NCBI GenBank assembly: GCA_963695095.1 | Contig: CAVOFT010000001.1 | Location: forward strand, 2,720,001 to 2,784,000 | DNA from: an uncultured bacterium | Lineage (GTDB): Bacteria > Krumholzibacteriota > Krumholzibacteriia > JACNKJ01 | Direction: 5' to 3' | DNA: 64,000 nucleotides | Shown here: piece after piece, positions 28,051 through 38,519 of the stretch | Position numbering within the stretch: position 1 is the stretch's first letter | How the letters are laid out: every line of letters begins with the position of its first letter | Notes under the pieces: model-generated | What the model was told of the DNA's origin: nothing | What the model saw: only the letters and a program-made list of their open reading frames with translations | Databases searched by the model: none | Translations under genes and position numbers: made by a program

Positions 28051-29439
28051 ATGCTCTACCCCAGCATCGCAGCCCTGCGCGCGGATCTCGCGCCGGCCTA
28101 CGAATACGATGCGAAGAATCAGCTCGACGTGCGCAGCGAGGCGTTCTGCCGCGAGCGGGCGGCCGCATGCCTGGCCGAGAATGCGGCCCTGAACCCGGAT
28201 GCCGCCGTGAAGGCGGCGGCCTGCGCCGACGCCCGCGCGCTTGCCGAGGCCCTCGGCGCCTGGCCGGCCTCGATCCAGGGCCTCTACGCGGCCATGGGCC
28301 GCGGCGAGCTGGACGGCCTCACCGTGCCGGCCATCAACGTGCGCGGACTCAGCTTCGAAGTGGCCGGCGCCCTCTTCGAGGCCGCACAGGCCGCCGGCTG
28401 CGGCGCCTTCATCTTCGAGATCGCGCGCACGGAGATCGGCTACACTGAGCAATCGCCGGCCGAGTTCGCAGGGGTGATCCTAGCCGCCGCCGTGGCCACT
28501 GGCTACACGGGGCCGGTTTTCATCCAGGGCGACCACGTGCAGGTGCGGCCGGGGCCTTACGCCGCCGATCCGGACGCGGAGCTGGCGGCGGTGGAGGCGC
28601 TGATCCGCGCCGAGATCGCCGCCGGCTTCTACAACATCGACGTGGACACTTCCACCCTGGTCGATCTCGCCCAGCCCGATCTCGACGCCCAGCAGCGCCT
28701 CAACTACCGGCTCGCCGCGCGCCTGACGGCCTTCATTCGCCGGCACGAGCCCGCGGGGGTCGCCATCTCGGTGGGCGGGGAGATCGGCGAGGTGGGCACG
28801 GCCAACTCCACGGTGGCGGAGTTCGCCGCCTACATGGCGGGCTTCCGGCGCGAACTGGAGCGGCTCGCGCCCGGCGCCCTCGGCCTGAGCAAGATCAGCG
28901 TGCAGACCGGCACGAGCCACGGCGGCGTGCCCTTGCCCGATGGCGGCGTGGCGGACGTGAAGCTGGACTTCGGCGTGCTAGCGGCAATCGGCGGCCTCGC
29001 CCGCCGCGACCACGGCCTCAGCGGCGCCGTCCAGCATGGCGCGAGCACCCTGCCCGCGGCGCTCTTCCACCGCTTCCCGGCCAGCTGCTGCAGCGAGATC
29101 CACCTGGCGACGGGCTTCCAGAATCTGATCTTCGCCCATCCGGATTTCCCCGCCGAGCTGCGCGGCGCGATCGATGCCCATCTGCGCGCGGCCCACGGCG
29201 GCGAGCGCAAGGCGGGCGACAGCGACGAGCAATTCGTCTACAAGCTGCGCAAGAAGAGCTGGGGGCCCTTCAAGGCCCAGCTCTGGGGACTCGAACCGGC
29301 GCGGCGGGCAAGCCTGCGCGCGGCGCTGCGCGAGCAGTTCGGCTTCTTCATCGATCAGCTCGGCGTGGCCGGCAGCCGCGAGCGGGTCCACCGCTGCGTC
29401 GGCGCCGCGCAGGAGGCGGGCGGGCGAGGCCGGGGCTAG
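28051..29439 (+). CDS. class II fructose-bisphosphate aldolase family protein
   Basis: Motifs VPAIN, QGDH, GEIGEVG, GTSHGG and VQHGAS. Confidence 0.8.
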   Translation: MLYPSIAALRADLAPAYEYDAKNQLDVRSEAFCRERAAACLAENAALNPDAAVKAAACADARALAEALGAWPASIQGLYAAMGRGELDGLTVPAINVRGLSFEVAGALFEAAQAAGCGAFIFEIARTEIGYTEQSPAEFAGVILAAAVATGYTGPVFIQGDHVQVRPGPYAADPDAELAAVEALIRAEIAAGFYNIDVDTSTLVDLAQPDLDAQQRLNYRLAARLTAFIRRHEPAGVAISVGGEIGEVGTANSTVAEFAAYMAGFRRELERLAPGALGLSKISVQTGTSHGGVPLPDGGVADVKLDFGVLAAIGGLARRDHGLSGAVQHGASTLPAALFHRFPASCCSEIHLATGFQNLIFAHPDFPAELRGAIDAHLRAAHGGERKAGDSDEQFVYKLRKKSWGPFKAQLWGLEPARRASLRAALREQFGFFIDQLGVAGSRERVHRCVGAAQEAGGRGRG

Positions 29440-30629
29440 TGGATACGCGGTCTCTCGCCCTTCTCGGCCACTTGCGCAAGGCTGCCCTGCTGATGACAGC
29501 CTTGGGCATGCCCTTCTCGATCGCGCTCTCGCAGGGGGCGCTGGCCCTGGCCATCGCCTGCGCCCTCGCGGAGGCGCTGGGCGGCCGCCGGCCGCCGCGC
29601 CTGGGCATCGAGCTGCCGCTCTTCGCCTTCGTGGCCTGGGCGCTCCTCACCATCGCCTTCTCGCAGGACCCCGGCGAGAGCCTCCGCCATGCCAAGCGCT
29701 TCCTGCTCCTGCCCGCGCTCTGGCTCTTCGCGGCTGCCGGCCGCGAGGAGCGCTGGCGCTTGCGCCTGCTCGCCGCGCTGGCGCTGGGCAGCGCGGGGGT
29801 GGCCCTCTTCGGCATCCTGCAGTACCTGCGCGGTCCAGGCGGCCTGGCCGGCCGGGCCATGCTCACCCAGGGCTACATGACGGCCGGCGGCCTCATGATG
29901 CTGACGGCCCTGGCCCTGCTCGCCTTCTGCCTGCGCCCCGGCGCCGCGCGCGCGCGGCGCTGGCTGCTGCCGGCCTTGGCGCTCACGCTCGTCGCCCTCG
30001 TCTTCACCCACACGCGCAACGCCTGGCTCGGATTTGCCGCCGGCGCCCTGCTGCTCTTCCTGCTCGTGCGACCGCGACTGGCCCCGCTCGCGCTCGGCCT
30101 GCTCCTGGCCGCCGGCCTCCTCGCCCCGGGCGGCTACCGCGAGCGCCTGTTCTCTTCCTTCGATCCGCAGCATCCCAACAACGTCCAGCGGGTGATCATG
30201 TGGCGGACGGGCTGGGAGCTGCTCGCCGACCACCCGATCACCGGCGTGGGCGACCTCGATCTCAAGGCCATCTACAGGACCCGCCACGCCGACGAGCAGG
30301 TGGAGATCAAGGGCCACCTGCACAGCAATCCGGTGATGTTCGCCGTGCTCTGGGGCTGGCCGGGTCTCCTGCTCGCCCTCGGTTTCCTGGGGGCGCTGGC
30401 CTGGCAGCTCGGCCGGCGCTGGCGCGCCCTGGCGGCGCTCGGCGAGCGCGCACCGCCCTGGGCGGCGGGCTGGACGCTGGCCGCGCTCGCCGGCTGGCTG
30501 GGCTTCATGCTGGGTGGCCTCTTCGAATGGAGCTTCGGGGACGCGGAGATCGCGCTGCTCCTGTGGAGCCTCTGCGGGCTCGGCCTGACGCCGCTGCCGG
30601 CCGCGACGCGGGCGGAGGTCGCCGCGTGA
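29439..30629 (+). CDS. O-antigen ligase (Wzy_C) family membrane protein
   Basis: Polytopic; FTHTRNAWLG, R..MW..G..L..DHPITGVG and HLHSN. Confidence 0.8.
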   Translation: MDTRSLALLGHLRKAALLMTALGMPFSIALSQGALALAIACALAEALGGRRPPRLGIELPLFAFVAWALLTIAFSQDPGESLRHAKRFLLLPALWLFAAAGREERWRLRLLAALALGSAGVALFGILQYLRGPGGLAGRAMLTQGYMTAGGLMMLTALALLAFCLRPGAARARRWLLPALALTLVALVFTHTRNAWLGFAAGALLLFLLVRPRLAPLALGLLLAAGLLAPGGYRERLFSSFDPQHPNNVQRVIMWRTGWELLADHPITGVGDLDLKAIYRTRHADEQVEIKGHLHSNPVMFAVLWGWPGLLLALGFLGALAWQLGRRWRALAALGERAPPWAAGWTLAALAGWLGFMLGGLFEWSFGDAEIALLLWSLCGLGLTPLPAATRAEVAA

Positions 30630-31186
30630 AGGAACTGCAGCTGCGCGACGAGGTGGTCTGGCTGCGCCGCGCCCGCATGGCCGAAGCCCCCCAGCTCGCC
30701 CGCGCCGTGCAGCTCAGCTTGCCCGAGCTGGCGCCCTACTTGCCCTGGGCCACGGCCGGCTACGACGTGATCGCCGCGCGCGAGTTCCTGGAGTTCGCCC
30801 GCGAGGAAGCCCGCGGGCGGCGGGGGCTCCACCTGAGCGTCTTCGATGCCGAGAGCGAGGCGCTCCTGGGCGGCGTCGCCCTCATGCTGCGGCCCGCCAC
30901 GCAGAGCGGGGAGCTGGGCTACTGGCTGCGCAGCGATGAGGCAGGCCAGGGCCTGGCGACGCAGGCGGCCGGCCTCCTGCTCGCCCACGCCTTCGGGCCG
31001 CTGGCCCTGCGGCGAGTCTGCCTCACCTGCGACGTCGCCAACCGCGGCAGCCGCCGTGTGGCCGAGAAGCTGGGCATGCGGCGGGAGGGCCGCCTGCGCG
31101 CCTTCATGCTGCATCGCGGCGAGGCGCGGGACCACTACCTCTATGCGATCCTCGCCGCGGAGTTCAGGCCCGGTTTCCGCGGCTAG
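30626..31186 (+). CDS. GNAT N-acetyltransferase, RimJ/RimL type
   Basis: ELGYWL, GQGLATQA and NRGSRRVAEKLGMRREG; the GTG overlaps the upstream stop. Confidence 0.88.
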   Translation: MKELQLRDEVVWLRRARMAEAPQLARAVQLSLPELAPYLPWATAGYDVIAAREFLEFAREEARGRRGLHLSVFDAESEALLGGVALMLRPATQSGELGYWLRSDEAGQGLATQAAGLLLAHAFGPLALRRVCLTCDVANRGSRRVAEKLGMRREGRLRAFMLHRGEARDHYLYAILAAEFRPGFRG

Positions 31187-31289
31187 CCCCACCCTGACTG
31201 CGGTCCCTTGACTCCCGGGTCCAGGCGGCGTTAATTGTACCAAAGCAGTCCACTTAACGCCCCGCGGCACTTACCCCGGAGGCTTGCTC

Positions 31290-31901
31290 ATGAACCGCAG
31301 CCTAGTCCTCGCGTTCGCCGCCCTGGCGGTGTTCGCTCAGAGCACGGGAGCCGACACGATGAACGCAAAGCTCGAGACCGCCACCCTGGGCGGTGGCTGC
31401 TTCTGGTGCGTTGAAGCCGTCTACCAGGAACTGACGGGCGTGACCGAGGCCGTCTCCGGCTACGCGGGCGGCAGCGTGGCTGATCCCGACTACAAGGCCG
31501 TCTGCTCCGGCAAGACCGGGCACGCCGAGGTCGTGCAGGTGCACTTCGACCCGGCCCAGATCAGCTACGCCGACATTCTCGAGATCTTCTTCAGCGTGCA
31601 CGATCCGACCACGAAGGACCGACAGGGGGCCGACGTCGGCAGCCAGTACCGCTCCATCATCCTCACAGCGAGCGACGAGCAGGCGCGCATCGCCCGGGCC
31701 GCCCTGGCCGCTCTCAAGGAATCCGGGGTCTGGCCGCGGCCGGCGGTGACCCAGATCGCGCCGCTGACCACCTTCTACCCCGCCGAGCAGGCCCACCAGG
31801 ACTACTACCAGCAGAACAAGCAGCAGGGCTATTGCCAGGTGGTGATCTCGCCCAAGCTGGAGAAGTTCCGCAAGCAGTTCCGCGCGCGTTTGAAGCAATG
31901 A
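31290..31901 (+). CDS. msrA: peptide-methionine (S)-S-oxide reductase with N-terminal signal peptide
   Basis: Motifs GGGCFWC, SGYAGG, GHAEVV, RQGADVGSQYRS and AEQAHQDYY. Confidence 0.95.
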   Translation: MNRSLVLAFAALAVFAQSTGADTMNAKLETATLGGGCFWCVEAVYQELTGVTEAVSGYAGGSVADPDYKAVCSGKTGHAEVVQVHFDPAQISYADILEIFFSVHDPTTKDRQGADVGSQYRSIILTASDEQARIARAALAALKESGVWPRPAVTQIAPLTTFYPAEQAHQDYYQQNKQQGYCQVVISPKLEKFRKQFRARLKQ

Positions 31902-31999
31902 GGGCAAGCTCGCTCTTGACCTCTCGCGCTCGCTGCTTAGACTGAAGGCTGCGTCCCCCAGCGAGAGGAGGCTGCCTTCAGGAAACGCAAGCGCAACGG

Positions 32000-33278
32000 A
32001 GTTCCGCACTGCCCGCCGCGGCGCGGTGGCTGCATCTGGGTAACGCTCGTCCTGCTCGCCGCCGGCTGCACGAACGAGCGCGCCGGCGAGCGCGCCAGCC
32101 TCAGTCTCTGGGCGCATGCCGGCCAGGCCGGCGAGCGCGCGGCGCTCGAGGCGACCGTCGCCCGCTTCAATGCGGCGCAGGACACGCTGCATCTCGAAAT
32201 CACGCTGCTGCCCGAGGGCGGCTACAACGCCCAGGTCCAGGCCGCCGCGCTGGCCGGCGACCTGCCCGATCTGCTCGAATTCGACGGCCCCTTCCTCCAC
32301 GCCTATGCCGCCGCCGGCCACCTGCAGCCCATCGCGCCCCTGCTACCCGATAGCCTGCGCCGCGATCTGCTGCCGAGCCTGATCGCCCAGGGCAGTCTGG
32401 GGGATAGCCTCTATGCCGTCGGCCAGTTCGACTCCGGACTCGGCCTCTACGGACGCCGCAGCCACATCGTCGCCGCCGGCGCCCGCCTGCCATCGGGGCC
32501 GACCGACGCCTGGAGCGAGGCGGAGTTCGCGGCGCTGCTGGAGGCGCTGGCCCCGGCAGACCCCGACGGCGCAGTGCTGGACCTGCATCTGGACTACCGC
32601 GGGGAGTGGCTCAGCTACGCCTTCCTGCCCTGGCTCTGGTCGGCAGGCGGCGGCCTGCTTGGCGCGGGACCGGCGCCGCGCGCGACCGGCACGCTGGATT
32701 CTGCCGCCAACCTGCGCGTGCTGCGCGCGCTGCAGGGCTGGCTCGCCGCCGGTCGCATCGATCCCAACGTGGACGGCGCTGCCTTCACGGCCGGCCGCGT
32801 TGCGCTCTCCCTCGGCGGGCACTGGAACTACCCCGCCTACCATGCGGCCTGGGGGGATGATCTGGTCCTCCTCCCCCTGCCCGACTGGGGCCGGGGCAGC
32901 ATCTCCGCGCAGGGCTCCTGGCAGTGGGGCGTCACGCGGGGGGCCGCCGCCGAGGCGGCCGGCAGCTGCCTGCGCGCCTTGCTCGCACCGGAAGCGCTGC
33001 TCGCGGTCTGCGCCGCCAACGGCGCGGTGCCGGGCCGCCAGAGCCTCCTCGCGCGCTCGCCGCTCTATGCGCCGGGCGGTCCGCTGCGTCTCTTCGCCGA
33101 GTTGCTGCTGGGCGGCTTCACCCGGCCGCGCCCGCGCTCGGCCGCCTACCCGCTGCTCAGCTCCCGCTTCCAGGCGCTCTTCGAGGACCTGCGCGCGGGT
33201 GCGGAACCGGCGGCCCTGCTCGCTCGCAGCGCCGCTGCCATCGACGCCGAGCTGGCCGCGCAGGAAGCCGCGCCGTGA
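32000..33278 (+). CDS. sugar ABC transporter substrate-binding lipoprotein (start uncertain)
   Basis: Open frame with lipobox LLAAGC near 32052-32069, AGDLPDLLEFDGP and GSWQWGV; no in-frame ATG/GTG/TTG before 32574. Confidence 0.8.
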
Positions 33279-34171
33279 GGCGCGGGCAGCGACTGGACCT
33301 GGACACCCCGGCCGGCCCCCTCCTGGCCGCTCCCGCCCTCGCCGGCCTCCTCCTCTTCGTGGCGCTTCCCTTCGCGCTCGCCCTCGGCCTCTCGCTCACG
33401 GATGCGCGGCTGGGCGCGCAGGCAGCGCCGCGCTTCATCGGCCTCGCCCAGTACGCGACCCTGCTCCGCGATCCCGAGTTCCGGCGCACGCTGGCCAACA
33501 CCCTGCTCTTCGCCGCGGGCATCGTGCCGGCGCAGACGGCCCTGGCCCTCGGTCTGGCCCTGCTGCTGGCCGGCAGGCAGCCCGGCAACGCGGCCCTGCG
33601 CCTGGGCTTCTTCCTGCCCGTGGCCTTCCCGCTCTCCCTCGTGTCCGTGATCTGGATTCTCATCCTCGCCCCCGGCGAGCAGGGCCTGCTCAATGCCCTG
33701 CTCGGTCTGCTCAGCGGCGGCGCCTGGCGGACCCGGGACTTCCTGCGCGATCCGGTCCTGGCCCTGCCGGCCCTGATGCTGGTCAGCCTCTGGCAAGGTG
33801 TCGGCCTGCAGATGATCATCCTCATCGCCGGCCTGCAGGGCATTCCGAGCGCGCGCTACGAGGCGGCGGCGGTGGACGGCGCCGGCCGCTGGCAGCGCTT
33901 TCGCCACGTCACCTTGCCCGGCTTGCGGAGCCCCCTGGCCTTCGTGATCGTCATCACGACCATTCTGGCCGCGCGCCTCTTCGACCAGGTGCAGATCATG
34001 ACGCGCGGCGGCCCCAGCGGCCGCACGAGCGTGATCGTCTTCGCGACGGTGCGCGCGGTCTTCGAGCGCCAGCAGCTCGCGCGCGCCAGTGCGATGACGG
34101 TGCTACTCGCGCTCCTGGTGCTGGGCCTGGCGCTACTGCAGCGGCGCCTGCTCGCGGGGGACCGCCGATGA
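33275..34171 (+). CDS. sugar ABC transporter permease (MalF-like)
   Basis: EAA motif AGLQGIPSARYEAAAVDGA. Confidence 0.9.
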   Translation: MRRGQRLDLDTPAGPLLAAPALAGLLLFVALPFALALGLSLTDARLGAQAAPRFIGLAQYATLLRDPEFRRTLANTLLFAAGIVPAQTALALGLALLLAGRQPGNAALRLGFFLPVAFPLSLVSVIWILILAPGEQGLLNALLGLLSGGAWRTRDFLRDPVLALPALMLVSLWQGVGLQMIILIAGLQGIPSARYEAAAVDGAGRWQRFRHVTLPGLRSPLAFVIVITTILAARLFDQVQIMTRGGPSGRTSVIVFATVRAVFERQQLARASAMTVLLALLVLGLALLQRRLLAGDRR

Positions 34172-35004
34172 GCGCCCGCGGCGGCCGCCGCCTGCTCTGG
34201 CGCCAGAGCCTGCTCTTCGCGGCACTGGCGGTCTATCTGCTGCCGCTGCTCCTGATGGTGCTCGGCAGTTTCAAGCCCGACGCGCGCGTACTCGCCGAGG
34301 CCGGCACGCCGAGCGGCTTCCTGCCGCGAGACCTCGACCTGCAGAACTACCGCGACGTCTTCCAGCGCGTGGCCTTCACGCGGCTCTTCCTCAACTCCCT
34401 CCTCGTCACCGGGCTCATCACCGTGGGCAGCCTCGCCATCAATGCGGCGGCCGGCTACGCGCTGGCCCGCCTGCGCTGGCGCGGACGCGGCCTGGCGATG
34501 ACGGGCGTCCTCGCCCTGCTCGTCGTGCCCCTGGAGGCCTTCGTGGTGCCGCTGTTCACCGTGGTCGGCCGCCTCGGCCTGCGCGACACCTACGCCGCCC
34601 AGGTGCTGCCCTTCCTGGCCGATGCCTTCACGATCTACCTCTTCGCCTCGTTCTTCCGCGACCTGCCGCGCGAGCTGGAGGATGCCGCGCGCGTGGACGG
34701 CGCCGGCGCTCTCAGCACTTTTCTGCGCATCATCCTGCCCAACGCCCGCCCGGCCCTGGCCGCGGCAGCCCTCGTCACCTGGCTCTTCCGCTGGGGCGCC
34801 TATCTCTGGCCCTTGCTGGTGACGGTGGGGCCGCGCGTGCGTCCCCTCCCGGTGGGCCTGGCCGCCTTCTACACGTTGCCGCCCCTGCAGTGGGGCGACA
34901 TCCTCGCCTTCGGCGTCTTGATGGTGCTACCCATCCTGCTGCTCTTCCTGTTCGGGCAGCGCTACCTCGTCGCCGGCCTGGCCGGCGGCGCGCTCAAGGA
35001 GTGA
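34168..35004 (+). CDS. sugar ABC transporter permease (MalG-like)
   Basis: FFRDLPRELEDAARVDGA and YLWPLLV. Confidence 0.9.
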   Translation: MSARGGRRLLWRQSLLFAALAVYLLPLLLMVLGSFKPDARVLAEAGTPSGFLPRDLDLQNYRDVFQRVAFTRLFLNSLLVTGLITVGSLAINAAAGYALARLRWRGRGLAMTGVLALLVVPLEAFVVPLFTVVGRLGLRDTYAAQVLPFLADAFTIYLFASFFRDLPRELEDAARVDGAGALSTFLRIILPNARPALAAAALVTWLFRWGAYLWPLLVTVGPRVRPLPVGLAAFYTLPPLQWGDILAFGVLMVLPILLLFLFGQRYLVAGLAGGALKE

Positions 35005-35888
35005 TGCGCATGGCCCCCGTGCTCTGCTTCGGCGAACTGCTCTGGGACGAGCTGCCCGCGGGCCCTCGCCTCGGCGGCGCCCCCGCCAACGTGGCCTACC
35101 ATCTCGCGCAGCTCGGCGTAGCGGTGCGCCTGGTCAGCGCCGTCGGCGCCGATCCGCGCGGGGACGAGGCCCTGGCCCGCCTCGCCGCTGCGGGCGTGGA
35201 CGTCGCTCTCGTGGCGCGGCAGGCGGAGCTGCCCACCGGACGCGTCCGCGTTCAGCTCGCAGCGGATGGACCGCACTATCGCATCGAGGAGGGCGTGGCC
35301 TGGGACGACATCGCCTTCGCTCCCGTTTTGCGCGAGGCGGCGACGGCGGCGAGCGCTCTCGTCTTCGGTACACTGGCCCAGCGCACGGCGCCGAACCGCG
35401 CCACGCTTTCCGCACTCCTCGCTGCGGCCGGCACCGCGGTCAAGGTCTGTGACCTCAACTTCCGGTCGCCCTTCATCGCCGCAGCAGCGGTCGCGGATAG
35501 CCTGCGCCGCGCCGACATCGTCAAGCTCAACGCGGATGAACTCGCGGCGTTGCCCGATTTGCTTGCGCTACCCGCGGGTGCGGAGTTCCCGCAGCGTCTC
35601 CTGGCGGAGTTCAACCTGCGACGGATCGTCATCACCCGTGGGGAACTGGGCTGCTGGATCCTGGACGCAGCAGGGCGGGTGGAGGCGGCGGCGCCGGCGG
35701 CGAGCGTCGCGGACAGCGTCGGCGCCGGCGATGCCTTCACCGCCGTGCTGGTCTACGGCGAGCTGCAAGGGTGGTCGCCGGCCCGCATCGCGCGCGCGGC
35801 CTGCGCCGCCGGCGCTTTCGTCGCCAGCCAGCCGGGGGCCATGCCCACCTGGCCGCCCGCGCTGCGCGAGCGGCTGCTGGCCGACTGA
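35004..35888 (+). CDS. PfkB family carbohydrate kinase, probably fructokinase
   Basis: FGELLWD, GGAPANVA, DLNFR and DSVGAGDAF; adjacent to sucrose synthase. Confidence 0.88.
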   Translation: MRMAPVLCFGELLWDELPAGPRLGGAPANVAYHLAQLGVAVRLVSAVGADPRGDEALARLAAAGVDVALVARQAELPTGRVRVQLAADGPHYRIEEGVAWDDIAFAPVLREAATAASALVFGTLAQRTAPNRATLSALLAAAGTAVKVCDLNFRSPFIAAAAVADSLRRADIVKLNADELAALPDLLALPAGAEFPQRLLAEFNLRRIVITRGELGCWILDAAGRVEAAAPAASVADSVGAGDAFTAVLVYGELQGWSPARIARAACAAGAFVASQPGAMPTWPPALRERLLAD

Positions 35889-35909
35889 GCGGGGAACTCC
35901 AGGCCTGCT

Positions 35910-38357
35910 TCAGTGCAGCTCGGGCCAGGTCTCGGCGACCAGGCGGTCGAGCAGGAGGTGGTGCAGAGCCTCCACGTAGCCGCGGCGCACTTCACGCTGG
36001 AACGGAAAGAGCGCGTGCCAGAGACCGTAGAGCCCCTGGGCCTGGATCAGGCGGCGAGCGTGCCCCGGCCAGGAGAAGTGCTCGTGCACGCGGCGCAGGC
36101 CGGCGTGGCTGACCGCCTCCCAGCGCCCGTCGCCAGTCGGCGGCGCCAGCAGGGTCAGCACGGCCTGCTCGATCTCGACGGGCCGGTTGGGATCGACGAG
36201 GAAACCGCTCACCCCGTCCTCGATGATCGAGGCCGGCCCGCCGTAGCGCGTGGCGACCACGGGCAGGCCGCAGGCCATCGCCTCGATCACGGTGAGTCCG
36301 AAGGCCTCGTAAAGGGCCGGCTGCACGAAGACGCCGCGCCCGCGTGCCACGAAGCGATAGAAGTCCGCAACGAGCAGGCGTGCGCAGTCGGCAGGCAGCC
36401 AGCGCACGCAGCCGCGCATCGCCTCGCTGGCCAGCAGCTCGTGCATGAGCTTGATCTGTTCGCGCTCCTCGTGGTCCTTGCTGTCCTCCAGGCGCGTCAC
36501 GCCCGAGACGATGAGCAGATTGCAGGCCGCAGGCAGCCCGGGCCGCCGCGTGAAGGCGCGCACCAGTCCCGTCAGGTTCTTGATGCGATCCAGGCGCGCC
36601 ATCGTCAGCAGCAGCGGCTTGTCCGGATCGCGGAGCTCGCCGAGCGCTCCCGGCACGGCCTCTGCGCCGACGACCATCCGCTCCACCCGCCGCTCGCGGT
36701 CGGCGTCCCCGCTGCGCAGGTTGCCGGCGGAATGGAAGCGCTCGGTGTCCGTGCCCGGCGGATTGATCATGAAGCGCGAAGAATGGATGTTGAAGCCGCT
36801 GTGCACGCGGTAGCAGCCGGGCAGGGTGAAGGCCTCGTAGGTCTCGTACTGACCCATCTCGCGCCGGCCGCCTGCGATCTCCTGGTAAGAGCTGGTCTGG
36901 ATGATGTCCGCGGTGTTCGTCGCCAGCACGTCGGCGAGGAAGTGGATGGAGAAGTGGTAGTCGCGCTCCAGATCCCGCCAGTGAAGGTCGCTGAGCAGGT
37001 ACTTCGACTTTTCGAGGGCATGGGCGACGACGACGAGCGGCACGCCCCAGACGCGCGCGAGCAGGGAGGCCGTCAGGTTGCCGTCCGCATAATTGCCGAC
37101 CACGAAATCCGGGCGCGCCCCCCAGTGCCCCTCCACCACCGCCAGCGACTCCTCGGCGAAGCGCTCCAGATAGGGCCAGACCTGGAAGCGGGAGATCCAC
37201 GGTCGCAGCATCTGGCCGTCCGGACCGCGGAAGGGCACGCGCAGGATCGCCGCGCGGCGTGCGCCCTGGATGCGCTCCAGCGGCCGATCGCAGGTGCTGC
37301 CGGCTGCCTCGGGGATCAGCCGCGTGAGCACCAGCACCTCGGGCTCGAGCTCCACGCCGGCATCGCGCCACACCCGCCGCAGGTGCTTCTCCAGTGCGCG
37401 CGCCTGGTCGAGCAGGTAGACCACCTGGCCGCCGGTGTCCGGCCGGCCGAGCACGTCCTTCTGGGCAAACCAGCCGTGCACGCTCACGAGCAGCACCCGC
37501 TCGACGAGGGGCAGCCGGTTCATCAGTGCGCCGAGGTCCTCGGCACAGGGATCGCGCAGGAGGCGGTCGAGCAGGGCCAGGGTCTCGCAGGCCTGGCCGG
37601 CCGTGCGGCCCCAGCCCGGCGCCAGATCGAGGACGGCGAGCTCCGCGTCGAGGTCAGCCATCGGCACCGCGGCGGGCAGCCCCGCCAGCAGCTCCTGCGC
37701 CTGGCGCAAGCGGCGGCGCAGGACGGCGACATCGGCAGGCGGTGTCCGGAAGAACAGGGCCTGCCCGCCCCCGCGCCGGCCACTGAGCCAGGCCAGCAGG
37801 CGCGGCGGCAGCGCCGCGGGCTCGTCGCGAAGCGCCGCTTCGATCATGCCGGCCAGGCGCTGCGTGCCATTGCCGATGTCGGCCTGCGCGCCGGTCTCTT
37901 CCGGCAATACCTGGAAGGGTCGGAAGTCGATGCCGAAGTCGATGTGCCCATTCAAAGGCTGGCCCAGGATCAGGCCCTCGCGCAGGCGCAGGAACTCGCG
38001 CACGCCGAGCAGGCGCACGGCGCTATCGGCGCGGGCGCTCCCCGCCAGTGCGACGGCATAGGCCCGGCGCAGGCCGGGTTCCTCGCGCAGCACGAAACAC
38101 GCTGTGCTGTCGAGGAAGTCCACCTCTTCGGCGATGTCGACGCGGGCGCCGAGCCCGCGGCGCAAGCGCGCACGCTGCTCCGGCGGCCGCGTCTGCAGGA
38201 AGCGCTGGAAGCTCCGTCGCACCTGATCGCGCAGCACGATGCCCGCACGGCGATCGGGCAGGCCCTCGCGCAGGAGCGTCGCAAACTCGGCCAGCTCCGC
38301 GCGGTCCGCGTCGCACCAGGCACGCACGCTCCAATGGCTGATGTCGTGCTGCATCAC
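35910..38357 (-). CDS. sucrose synthase (GT4)
   Basis: Motifs SVHGWFAQ..LGRPDTGGQVVY, WISRFQVWPYLE, GNYADGN, HALEKSKY and FVQPALYEAFGLTV. Confidence 0.92.
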   Translation of the reverse strand: MMQHDISHWSVRAWCDADRAELAEFATLLREGLPDRRAGIVLRDQVRRSFQRFLQTRPPEQRARLRRGLGARVDIAEEVDFLDSTACFVLREEPGLRRAYAVALAGSARADSAVRLLGVREFLRLREGLILGQPLNGHIDFGIDFRPFQVLPEETGAQADIGNGTQRLAGMIEAALRDEPAALPPRLLAWLSGRRGGGQALFFRTPPADVAVLRRRLRQAQELLAGLPAAVPMADLDAELAVLDLAPGWGRTAGQACETLALLDRLLRDPCAEDLGALMNRLPLVERVLLVSVHGWFAQKDVLGRPDTGGQVVYLLDQARALEKHLRRVWRDAGVELEPEVLVLTRLIPEAAGSTCDRPLERIQGARRAAILRVPFRGPDGQMLRPWISRFQVWPYLERFAEESLAVVEGHWGARPDFVVGNYADGNLTASLLARVWGVPLVVVAHALEKSKYLLSDLHWRDLERDYHFSIHFLADVLATNTADIIQTSSYQEIAGGRREMGQYETYEAFTLPGCYRVHSGFNIHSSRFMINPPGTDTERFHSAGNLRSGDADRERRVERMVVGAEAVPGALGELRDPDKPLLLTMARLDRIKNLTGLVRAFTRRPGLPAACNLLIVSGVTRLEDSKDHEEREQIKLMHELLASEAMRGCVRWLPADCARLLVADFYRFVARGRGVFVQPALYEAFGLTVIEAMACGLPVVATRYGGPASIIEDGVSGFLVDPNRPVEIEQAVLTLLAPPTGDGRWEAVSHAGLRRVHEHFSWPGHARRLIQAQGLYGLWHALFPFQREVRRGYVEALHHLLLDRLVAETWPELH

Positions 38358-38519
38358 AATCCTCGCGATCGAACGACAGAAGCGACTTCACCTCGCACTA
38401 TAGCCAGCAAGCCCTTGCTGCGCAAGGATTCGGGGTTTGCGCTTGGCCGTCGCTCAATCGCCGTGCTAGGCTGCATGCGTCAGAGTATGCCCTCCACACG
38501 CGAGCCAGAGGAGCGCGGC

